Source: Candidatus Babeliales bacterium (GTDB taxonomy: Bacteria > Babelota > Babeliae > Babelales > JABDEC01). Taken from it: 64,000 nt of DNA. Shown here piece by piece: positions 18,103 to 26,149 of this stretch. Each line of letters opens with the position of its first letter. The stretch's first letter is position 1. The notes beneath the pieces were generated by a model. The model was not told the origin of the DNA, did no database searches, and was given only the letters and a program-made list of their open reading frames with translations. The stretch covers positions 1,846-65,845 of the forward strand of contig JARLHJ010000008.1 in NCBI GenBank assembly GCA_031292305.1, written 5' to 3'. Both the position numbers and the translations under genes were made by a program.

Positions 18103-18939
18103 CTATTCAACAGTTTGGAAATTATAAATATGTGTATTAGCAGTTAATAATGGATCGTGATGCAGATTATATCTTTTATAAAAAGCGTTTACAGCTTTTT
18201 GCACTTGTAGTTTAAATGGCAAATTTGCATGTGCGCCTGTTTTTGTTTCAAGAAGATGTACATGTACAAATCCTTCTTGAAGTAAGCTTTCATATAATTT
18301 TCTTGAATGGTCTACACCGACAATAGAATCTTCTTGAGAATGAATTAATAAAATTGGTAACTTTTTATTAGTTATTTTTTTAATAGATTGAATAGGTTGT
18401 GGGCCTGTAGGTTTGTAATATCCTAAAAAACCTTGGGTGAGTTTACTGGTCATATAATGTCCACCAGGAACATAATTTAAAAAAAAGAATTTATGCAGAA
18501 CATCAGTGGCATCAAAAAAGGGTGATTCTAAAACCAATGCATGAATTTTATTAATATTTTCTGGTTGTGCAGCTGCATTTATCCAAGTTGAAGCCCCTTT
18601 AGATACCCCAATTCCTACTACGGGTTTAGTGATGTTTTTTAACGCATTTGTTAAAACTTCTACGTCGCGTTCTTGTGCCATAGCAGTTTTGCTAAGAGTT
18701 GGATATTTATTGCCTGGCGTTACTTCCGGTCCATTGAAGGCTAATCCTTGATGTGGCTTGGGAATAAAATTACAATCGCAGTAATATTTTAAGTTTTCTT
18801 TGTTACCACCAAAACCATGTGCAAATAAATATTCTATTTCTTTAATTTTTTTCTTTTTTGGCTTATTAACATTAGAGTTAAGAATGCATATACCAAATAA
18901 TGTAATAGCTAAAAAGAATTTAGAATTATAATTTGTCAT
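18103..18939 (-). CDS. Alpha/beta-hydrolase-fold family member 3 (signal peptide, no C-terminal anchor)
   Basis: YLFAHGFGG, GIGVSKGASTWINAAA, LESPF, IHSQEDSIV, TGAHAN. 278 aa. Confidence 0.7.
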   Translation of the reverse strand: MTNYNSKFFLAITLFGICILNSNVNKPKKKKIKEIEYLFAHGFGGNKENLKYYCDCNFIPKPHQGLAFNGPEVTPGNKYPTLSKTAMAQERDVEVLTNALKNITKPVVGIGVSKGASTWINAAAQPENINKIHALVLESPFFDATDVLHKFFFLNYVPGGHYMTSKLTQGFLGYYKPTGPQPIQSIKKITNKKLPILLIHSQEDSIVGVDHSRKLYESLLQEGFVHVHLLETKTGAHANLPFKLQVQKAVNAFYKRYNLHHDPLLTANTHIYNFQTVE

Positions 18940-19060
18940 GTTCTGGCCTCATATTAAAAATTATTAATACATTTTTAATATTGCATGGTTTGTTTAAATT
19001 TTCAAAACAAAATAATTTAAAACTAAGTTTTCCTATCTAGTTCTAAGTTATTTAAATTTT

Positions 19061-20134
19061 TTAGTGTCCTGTCTGGATCTTTAATAATTGCATTAATTTA
19101 AACATGTAATTATTTAATTGCTTTCCTACACCAGGGAAATACTTAAAAGTTTTATAGACTATATAACAACTTAATAATGTTTTAATTATAAATCTGCTTA
19201 TTGCAGGTTTGTTATCATGATCTTTAATTATTCTATTATTTACTTCCATAAAAGAAGGTTGATTTTTAGATAAATCATTATCTGAATATCCTAATAATTT
19301 GATTTTAAGATCATTATAAAAGCATTTTACCTTTGATTCAAAAGTTGAACTCCATCCATTTGCTTGATCTGTAAATAGATTTGAATGCTGACCAGTTTCA
19401 GTTTCAATTAAGTAAACATGTTTAAAGCCGCATTTTAAGAATTCTAAATATAATCTTCTTGAATGATTTATAGAAATTAATGTATCCTGTTTTGAATGAA
19501 TTATGAAAATTGGCAAATTTTTATTGGCAATATTTTTAATTGAATCTATAGGTTGCATTCCATCAAAGTCATAACTTGGTAAAAACCATTTGCCTATAAT
19601 TTTTGCAATATATTCATGTCCTGGAATGTATTCTAAATATGTTACTTTATAAATCATTTCATTTGCAGATGCAAAAGGTGATTCTAAAACAAGAGCTTTA
19701 ATTTTATTTATATTATGTGCTTGTGCAGCGGCATTTATCCAAGTTGAGGCACCCTTAGAAACACCAGCACCAACAACATTATTATTACATTGTTCACCTG
19801 CATGTTGTAGGCTGTCTGTAAGAACTTGTACATCAGCTTCTTGCCCGAGGCATGTTTTATTTAGATTTGGGATTGTTACTTTTCTGTATCCAGGATCGTT
19901 TGGAAAAGGATGATAAACCTCAGGCCCGTCAAAAGCCTGAGCATTTTTATCGACTATATTATAATGTTTATAATGTTCAACTTGATTCTTATCGCCATCA
20001 AATCCATGAGCAAATAAATATTCATAATTAGCAGAATTTGCATTAGAACTGGAACTAGAGCTTGAACTATCTGCGCAGTATGTAATTCCACCAAAAACTA
20101 GGGAAAAAGTTAGTATTAATCTATTAAATTTCAT
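19061..20134 (-). CDS. Alpha/beta-hydrolase-fold family member 4 (signal peptide, poly-Ser linker, C-terminal hydrophobic tail)
   Basis: YLFAHGFDG, GAGVSKGASTWINAAA, LESPF, IHSKQDTLI, TGQHSN. The start is placed at MKFNRLILTF (20134). The track start at 20203 and the ATG at 20146 are alternatives, so the start is uncertain. Confidence 0.65.
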   Translation of the reverse strand: MKFNRLILTFSLVFGGITYCADSSSSSSSSNANSANYEYLFAHGFDGDKNQVEHYKHYNIVDKNAQAFDGPEVYHPFPNDPGYRKVTIPNLNKTCLGQEADVQVLTDSLQHAGEQCNNNVVGAGVSKGASTWINAAAQAHNINKIKALVLESPFASANEMIYKVTYLEYIPGHEYIAKIIGKWFLPSYDFDGMQPIDSIKNIANKNLPIFIIHSKQDTLISINHSRRLYLEFLKCGFKHVYLIETETGQHSNLFTDQANGWSSTFESKVKCFYNDLKIKLLGYSDNDLSKNQPSFMEVNNRIIKDHDNKPAISRFIIKTLLSCYIVYKTFKYFPGVGKQLNNYMFKLMQLLKIQTGH

Positions 20135-20240
20135 AATTTGTCCCATATTTAAATTTTTTCTAATTATTAGGTTTATTATTACAAAATACTTTAATTTATT
20201 CAATTTGTCAATTGGGTAGGGGGTGTGATATTGCAGGTTT

Positions 20241-20280
20241 AAAAGAAAAGGGCATATAATCGAATTTGATTATATGCCCT
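20241..20280 (-). terminator. Rho-independent terminator of gyrB
   Basis: gggcatataatc-gaattt-gattatatgccc 12-bp stem, followed on the minus strand by a T-rich run (plus-strand aaaagaaaa, 20241-20249). Confidence 0.6.
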
Positions 20281-20301
20281 CAGGTGTGCTTATAAATAGG
20301 T

Positions 20302-22755
20302 TTAGACGTCTAAATTCTGTACAAATTGGCCGTTTTCTTCAATAAATGATCGTCTGCCTTCAATATCATCGCCCATTAATGTAGAGAACCATAAGTCAGC
20401 TTCAAGAATATCTTCTACTTTAACTAATAAAAGACTTCTGCTTTTAATGTCCATAGCAGTTTCCCAAAGTTGATCCGGGTTCATTTCTCCAAGACCTTTA
20501 TAGCGTTGGATATACATATAAGGTTTACTAATGGCATCTATAGCATTAAATACGCTAAGTGCGCCTTTAGTTTCTATTTTTTTATCTTTATCTTTGATTT
20601 TAATTATTCCAGGATTGTCTTCTATTAAGGCTAGCTTTTCTAATTTTTTCATTAGTAAGGCTGCTTCATCAGCACTAAAGAATGATAAAGCAAAATGCCA
20701 TTCTTTTGTTAATACTTGGAAAGTAATAACGCCTGCTTCTTTTGGTGCAGATATTGGAGCAATATTTGCATTATCAATATCATTTTCGACAATAACTACT
20801 GGATTTGGCTTAAAGCTAATATTATATTTTTTAAAATTAGCACTTAAGCTTTCAATTAATTTCTCAACACCATCTTCAGGCTTCCATGGATTCTTTCTTA
20901 AGAACGAAAGTAAAGCATGACCTAATTCAGGTGCAATTTTAAAATTCTTCCATATAAGTTCTTTTAAGCTTTCTTCATAAGCTAATAATTCATTAAGTAA
21001 ATTGGTCCATTGAGACTCTTCAAGAGGCTTATCATTTATTATAAGTTCTATGTTTTCTCTTGCCCAATCAAATGTGAACATTTTTAAAGCTTTTTCATCT
21101 TTTAAATATTGTTCTTTTCTGCCAATTTTAGCTTTATATAATGGTGGTTGTGCAATATATAAATATCCATTATCAACTATAGGCTTCATGTATCTAAAGA
21201 AGAAAGTTAATAATAATGTTTGTATATGTGATCCATCAACGTCAGCATCTGACATTAAAATAATCTTATGATAACGCGCTTTTGCAGCATCGCATTCTTC
21301 GCCAATTCCGCAGCCAACAGCTGCAATCATGGCCTTAATTTCTTCATTGCCAAGCATTTTATCAAGACGTGCTTTTTCAACGTTTAAGATTTTACCTTTT
21401 AACGGTAATATTGCTTGCGTGTCTCTATCGCGTGCTTGTTTTGCTGAACCACCTGCAGATTCACCCTCAACTATGAATAACTCAGTGTCTGCTGGAATTT
21501 CACTAGAACAGTCCGCTAATTTACCAGGAAGAACTGTTGATTCTAAAACTGTTTTTCTGCGGGAAATGTCTCTAGCTTTTTTAGCAGCTTCTCTGGCCTG
21601 TTTTGCAATTTCAGCTTTTTGTAAAACTTTTTTTGCAATTGCAGGGTTTTCTTCAAAGAATGTATCTAAGTATCCAAAAGTCCAAGAGTCAACTATCCCT
21701 TTTACTTCACTGTTGCCTAATTTGCCTTTGGTCTGACCTTCAAATTGAGGTTCCGGAACTTTTATATTTATAACAGCAACAAGGCCTTCTCTTACATCTT
21801 CAGATGAAAAGCCTTCTTGATCTTCTTTAATGAATTTCATTGCAAGAGCACGTTTATTACATGCTTTTGTTAGCGCAGATTTAAAACCTGCAACATGTGT
21901 TCCGCCCTCAGCAGTATTTATATTGTTTACAAAGGAATATAATTGTTCTCCATAGCCATCATTATATTGTAACGCTATTTCTAGCATGTACTTTTCATCT
22001 TCTTTTTCAAAATAGATTACTTCTGGGAAGATAGCAGTTTTTTTAGAGTTTATATATTCAACGAAAGATTTTATTCCACCTTCAAAGAAGAATTCATGAT
22101 GCTTGCCTGTGCCTTCTTCTGTAATAGATATAGAAAGACCTTTATTTAGAAAGGCAAGTTCACGTAAGCGCGCTGAAAGTGTTTCAAAACTTAGTTTAGT
22201 GGTTTCAGTAAAAATTTCAGGATCTGGTTTAAATCTAACAAAGGTACCGCGTTTATTAGCTTCGCCAACAATTTTTAAGCGACCTTGAGCAAAGCCTTTT
22301 TTATAATACTGTTGGTGAATTTTACCATCACGATAGATTTCTAATTTTAAATCTTCTGATAAAGCGTTTACAACAGAAATACCAACACCATGAAGTCCGC
22401 CTGAGTATTTGTAAGAGTCTTTATCGAATTTACCACCTGCGTGAAGTTTTGTTAAAACAACTTCAGCTGCAGAAATTCCTTCTTGTGGATGAATTTCTGT
22501 TGGTATACCACGTCCGTTATCTTCAACAGAACATGAACCATCTTCATAAAGTTTAACATCTACTTTATCACAATAACCCGCTAAAGCTTCATCTACAGAG
22601 TTATCCACAACTTCATAAACTAAATGATGAAGTCCCTGGGCACCAGTGGAGCCAATATACATGGCAGGGCGTTTTCTAACCGCTTCAAGACCTTCTAGGA
22701 TCTTAATAGATTCAGCACCGTATTGACTTGAATTTTTTTTATCTTTGTCCGACAT
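20302..22755 (-). CDS. gyrB: DNA gyrase subunit B
   Basis: YGAESIKILEGLEAVRKRPAMYIG, GLHHLVYEVVDNSVDE, the Toprim motif EGDSAGG-like (VEGESAGGSAKQ) and PLKGKILNVEKA. The 817-aa long form has an insertion before the C-terminal QRYKGLGEMNP. Confidence 0.97.
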   Translation of the reverse strand: MSDKDKKNSSQYGAESIKILEGLEAVRKRPAMYIGSTGAQGLHHLVYEVVDNSVDEALAGYCDKVDVKLYEDGSCSVEDNGRGIPTEIHPQEGISAAEVVLTKLHAGGKFDKDSYKYSGGLHGVGISVVNALSEDLKLEIYRDGKIHQQYYKKGFAQGRLKIVGEANKRGTFVRFKPDPEIFTETTKLSFETLSARLRELAFLNKGLSISITEEGTGKHHEFFFEGGIKSFVEYINSKKTAIFPEVIYFEKEDEKYMLEIALQYNDGYGEQLYSFVNNINTAEGGTHVAGFKSALTKACNKRALAMKFIKEDQEGFSSEDVREGLVAVINIKVPEPQFEGQTKGKLGNSEVKGIVDSWTFGYLDTFFEENPAIAKKVLQKAEIAKQAREAAKKARDISRRKTVLESTVLPGKLADCSSEIPADTELFIVEGESAGGSAKQARDRDTQAILPLKGKILNVEKARLDKMLGNEEIKAMIAAVGCGIGEECDAAKARYHKIILMSDADVDGSHIQTLLLTFFFRYMKPIVDNGYLYIAQPPLYKAKIGRKEQYLKDEKALKMFTFDWARENIELIINDKPLEESQWTNLLNELLAYEESLKELIWKNFKIAPELGHALLSFLRKNPWKPEDGVEKLIESLSANFKKYNISFKPNPVVIVENDIDNANIAPISAPKEAGVITFQVLTKEWHFALSFFSADEAALLMKKLEKLALIEDNPGIIKIKDKDKKIETKGALSVFNAIDAISKPYMYIQRYKGLGEMNPDQLWETAMDIKSRSLLLVKVEDILEADLWFSTLMGDDIEGRRSFIEENGQFVQNLDV

Positions 22756-22890
22756 GATTCCTCATCCAAAACTTAATTTTTTACCTATTGCTTGTAATTA
22801 TTTAAATTTTATTTAATCTTATTAAAATTATAAAGATTGTTTCATATAATTATATATCACATTAAAATTTTAGCTAATATTTAGTATTCT

Positions 22891-23394
22891 ATGTCATCTT
22901 CAGCAAGTGCAAAAAGCAATGATCTTATTTTTATGCAAAAAGCATTACTTCAGGCGCAAAAAGCGTTTGATAAGAATGAGGTGCCAGTAGGCGCTATTAT
23001 AGTGGCTCCAGACGGTAAAACAATAATTTCTCAAGCATATAACATGGTGGAAACAAAAAACAGCCAGACAGCTCATGCAGAAATTTTGGCTATTGCACGC
23101 GCAAATAAAAAATTAAATAGTTGGCGTCTTGAGGATTGTGTATTATATGTTACCCTAGAACCTTGTTCTATGTGTATGGGATTAATTTTATTAAGTAGAA
23201 TTAAAACTATATTTTTTGCAACAAAGTCTAATATTTATGGTTTTAAAGTTGACAACTGTTTTACCTTTGAGTTATATAAATGTCCTATAATAATTAAAGA
23301 AGGCCTATGTCAATTTGAATCATCTGAGCTGTTACGAACATTTTTTAAAACTAAAAGGAATAAACATGAGCAACGAAAGAAAAGATTATCTTAA
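22891..23394 (+). CDS. tadA: tRNA-specific adenosine deaminase
   Basis: CDA-fold zinc motifs HAEILAI and PCSMCMGL. 167 aa. Confidence 0.88.
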   Translation: MSSSASAKSNDLIFMQKALLQAQKAFDKNEVPVGAIIVAPDGKTIISQAYNMVETKNSQTAHAEILAIARANKKLNSWRLEDCVLYVTLEPCSMCMGLILLSRIKTIFFATKSNIYGFKVDNCFTFELYKCPIIIKEGLCQFESSELLRTFFKTKRNKHEQRKKRLS

Positions 23395-23719
23395 GGATGT
23401 TAAAGAAAAACTACTTGCAAGAAAAATGGAAATTGAAGAAATTTTAATTACACTATCCCAAGAAAAAGAAGATAATGAAGTTAGAGACTTGGGCGACCAG
23501 GCACTTTCTGCTATTACAGAAGCTATAAACTCTTCTTATCAGAATACTGAAAGCGAAGAATATAATAATATTCTTAAAGCTTTAAGGGCTATTGAAGAAG
23601 GTACTTATGGCGTTTGTATAGAATGTGGTCAACCTATATCTGAAAAAAGATTAAAGTATTACCCAAATGCTTCTAGATGCTTGGCTTGCCAGGAAATTTT
23701 TGAAGGTTCACCTATGTAG
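23366..23719 (+). CDS. DksA/TraR-family C4 zinc-finger protein
   Basis: C-terminal CIECGQPISEKRLKYYPNASRCLACQ (CxxC-x17-CxxC) after a coiled-coil region. The start is moved to ATG 23366 (MSNERKD), preceded by aaaggaa. It overlaps the tadA 3' end by 29 nt. Confidence 0.75.
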   Translation: MSNERKDYLKDVKEKLLARKMEIEEILITLSQEKEDNEVRDLGDQALSAITEAINSSYQNTESEEYNNILKALRAIEEGTYGVCIECGQPISEKRLKYYPNASRCLACQEIFEGSPM

Positions 23720-23772
23720 CCCCAGGCTACTTTGATATAAACAGGGTTAATGTAGGCAAAAATATAATCTTT

Positions 23773-23801
23773 TTGACAGATTTGGTTTAATAAAGTAAAA
23801 T
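23773..23801 (+). promoter_or_regulatory. Candidate sigma-70 promoter for rpsI-glmS
   Basis: TTGACA (23773-23778), 17-nt spacer, TAAAAT (23796-23801), about 50 nt upstream of the rpsI ATG. Confidence 0.5.
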
Positions 23802-23850
23802 TTTAATAGTTTAAACTTATAAATAGGTAAATTTAAGGACTTGTTATCTT

Positions 23851-24288
23851 ATGAAAGCTAACGAAACAGTAACAACTAAAAAGAAAACAACCTCTTCTTC
23901 AGTTCCTGCATCTCATGGTGTTGGACGTCGTAAAAGTTCAGTAGCTAGAGTATGGCTACGTAAAGGCACTGGAAAGATGATCATTAATGGTAGAAATTTC
24001 AGTGAATATTTTGATACTGATATAGCTCGTGCAGAAGCTACAACTCCATTCAAAGTTTCACAAGAAGCTATGAAGTTTGATGTTGAAGTTAATGTTGGTG
24101 GCGGTGGAAAACAATCTCAAGCGGGTGCTATTAAGTTAGGATTTGCTCGTGCATTAGTTTCTATTTTTGAAAGTTTACGCCCAGTATTAAGAGATTTTGA
24201 TTTATTAACTGTAGATTCTAGAGTTAAAGAACGTAAAAAATACGGTCAAAAAGCTGCAAGACGTAAATTCCAATTCGTAAAACGTTAA
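23851..24288 (+). CDS. rpsI: 30S ribosomal protein S9
   Basis: GVGRRKSSVARVWL, GGGKQSQAGAIKLGFARAL and the C-terminal KKYGQKAARRKFQFVKR. Confidence 0.95.
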   Translation: MKANETVTTKKKTTSSSVPASHGVGRRKSSVARVWLRKGTGKMIINGRNFSEYFDTDIARAEATTPFKVSQEAMKFDVEVNVGGGGKQSQAGAIKLGFARALVSIFESLRPVLRDFDLLTVDSRVKERKKYGQKAARRKFQFVKR

Positions 24289-24308
24289 TTTTAACGACAA
24301 ATTAATAG

Positions 24309-26147
24309 ATGTGTGGTGTTGTTGGATATATTGGAAAATCATATTGTCGTGATTATATAATTCAAGGTTTGTCCAGATTAGAATATCGCGGTTATGATTC
24401 ATCTGGTATTGCTTGTATTGAACCTAAAGATAAGAAATTAGTTTTTCTTAAGTCTGAAGGCAGATTGCAAAATTTAATTGAAAAATTTAATGATTTTCCA
24501 ATTAACGGTTTTGCAGGAATTGGTCATACACGATGGTCTACGCATGGTATCGTATCACAGCAAAACGCACATCCTCAATTTGATTGTCAAAAAACTATAT
24601 CTATTGTTCATAATGGTATTATTGAAAACCACAATGATTTAAGATTAAAGCTTGAATCAGCTGGTCATATATTTAATTCAACTACGGATACAGAAGTTAT
24701 AGCCCATTTTCTCGAAGACTTACTTGTCCTGCATAAAGCTCTTATGCCAGCTTTAATTTCATTAATTAAGTGCCTAGAAGGTGCGTATGCATTTGCTTGT
24801 TTATTGCAAGATTTTTCAGATCAAATAATAGTGGTCAGAAAACGCTCGCCATTATGCATTGGTGTTGGCCAAGATGAAATGTTCATTGCCTCTGATCTAT
24901 TGGCCTTTTCTGGTCGAACAAATAAAGTTCTATTTTTGCCTGATGAAAGCTTTGCAATAATAACTAAAGATTTAATTCAGCTTTTTGATTTTAATGGAAA
25001 TGCATTGCCTATAGATATTAAAGAAGTAATCACTGATTCTACTTTGAGTCAAATGGGTGCTTATGAATCTTATATGCTCAAAGAAATATATGAGCAAAAG
25101 AGCGTAATTAATAAATGCGTTACTTCTTTTAAAGCTAGTAATATTTGGGATAACCTTGGTGTTACTCCAGAATTTATAAAAAATTTAGATACTATTAATT
25201 TAATCGCATGTGGAACCTCCTGGCATGCAGCAAAAATAGCTCAATTTTTCTTTGAAAAAATTTGTTTAATTCCTACCCGAGTGTTTCTAGCCTCTGAATT
25301 TAGATACATGCCTTTTTTTCCAGAAACAAAATCTTTATATTTAGCTATTTCTCAGTCAGGTGAGACAGCTGATACCCTAGAGGCTCTTGCATTAGTTAAA
25401 TCGATGGGTTGTGCTTCTGCAGTTATTACAAACGTGGCTTCAAGCTCAATGGTAAGGCAGGCAGATGGATTTTTATTAACCCATGCAGGTCCTGAAATTG
25501 CAGTTGCTTCAACAAAGTCTTTTACTGCACAACTGACTGCTTTATATTGGCTATGTAATAAAATGGCTTTAGAAAAATCTATCATTACGCAAAAAGAAAT
25601 GATTGCTAGCGAGGAAGATTTAAGATTAGCAGCTGAGATATTAGAAAATTGTATAGAAAATTATAAAATTAAAATCATTACAGATTTAGCTATAAAATAT
25701 GCTAGTTATAAACATTTTATTTTTTTAGGCAGGCATATTAGTTACCCATTTGCTTTAGAAGCTGCGCTTAAATTAAAAGAAATTTCTTATATATTTTCAC
25801 AATGTTATGCAGCCGGTGAATTAAAGCACGGTCCTATCGCTTTGATTGATTCGCAAACTCCGGTTATTTTATTTTCATGTTTTGATTCTGTAATTTATCA
25901 AAAATTGGTTTCTAATGCACAAGAAGTTAAATCCAGAAATGGACATTTAATAGTTTTTGCGTTTGAGGGTCAAACAGAGTTAATTAAACTTGCAGACACT
26001 GTCTTTGTTATTCCACAAATTAATCCTTTATTAGCTCCAATAGCTATGACAGGTTTAATGCAATTTTTTGTTTATCAAATTGCTAAAGTTTTGGGTCGTC
26101 CAATTGATAGACCTAGGAATTTGGCCAAATCTGTTACTGTAGAATAA
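24309..26147 (+). CDS. glmS: Glutamine--fructose-6-phosphate aminotransferase (isomerising)
   Basis: N-terminal MCGVVGY (Ntn Cys), two SIS domains (ISQSGETADT) and the C-terminal KSVTVE. Confidence 0.96.
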   Translation: MCGVVGYIGKSYCRDYIIQGLSRLEYRGYDSSGIACIEPKDKKLVFLKSEGRLQNLIEKFNDFPINGFAGIGHTRWSTHGIVSQQNAHPQFDCQKTISIVHNGIIENHNDLRLKLESAGHIFNSTTDTEVIAHFLEDLLVLHKALMPALISLIKCLEGAYAFACLLQDFSDQIIVVRKRSPLCIGVGQDEMFIASDLLAFSGRTNKVLFLPDESFAIITKDLIQLFDFNGNALPIDIKEVITDSTLSQMGAYESYMLKEIYEQKSVINKCVTSFKASNIWDNLGVTPEFIKNLDTINLIACGTSWHAAKIAQFFFEKICLIPTRVFLASEFRYMPFFPETKSLYLAISQSGETADTLEALALVKSMGCASAVITNVASSSMVRQADGFLLTHAGPEIAVASTKSFTAQLTALYWLCNKMALEKSIITQKEMIASEEDLRLAAEILENCIENYKIKIITDLAIKYASYKHFIFLGRHISYPFALEAALKLKEISYIFSQCYAAGELKHGPIALIDSQTPVILFSCFDSVIYQKLVSNAQEVKSRNGHLIVFAFEGQTELIKLADTVFVIPQINPLLAPIAMTGLMQFFVYQIAKVLGRPIDRPRNLAKSVTVE

Positions 26148-26149
26148 AA

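Noticed and set aside
20531-22288. Four plus-strand ORFs (20531-20920, 21050-21271, 21329-21736, 22103-22288) inside the gyrB locus.
   Set aside because: All are antisense shadow frames of a highly conserved, full-length gyrB. They are low-complexity, with no SD or family signature.
22601-22609. Perfect DnaA-box-like 9-mer TTATCCACA, considered as a hint of oriC near gyrB.
   Set aside because: It is a single copy lying inside the gyrB coding sequence. The flanking intergenic regions (20204-20301, 22756-22890) show no clustered boxes by eye.
23720-24288. rpsI without an upstream rplM, and rpsB without a downstream tsf. Considered as signs of unusual rearrangement.
   Set aside because: Both genes are intact with their own promoter candidates. 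Break-up of ribosomal-protein operons is common in reduced genomes and cannot be evaluated further from one window.
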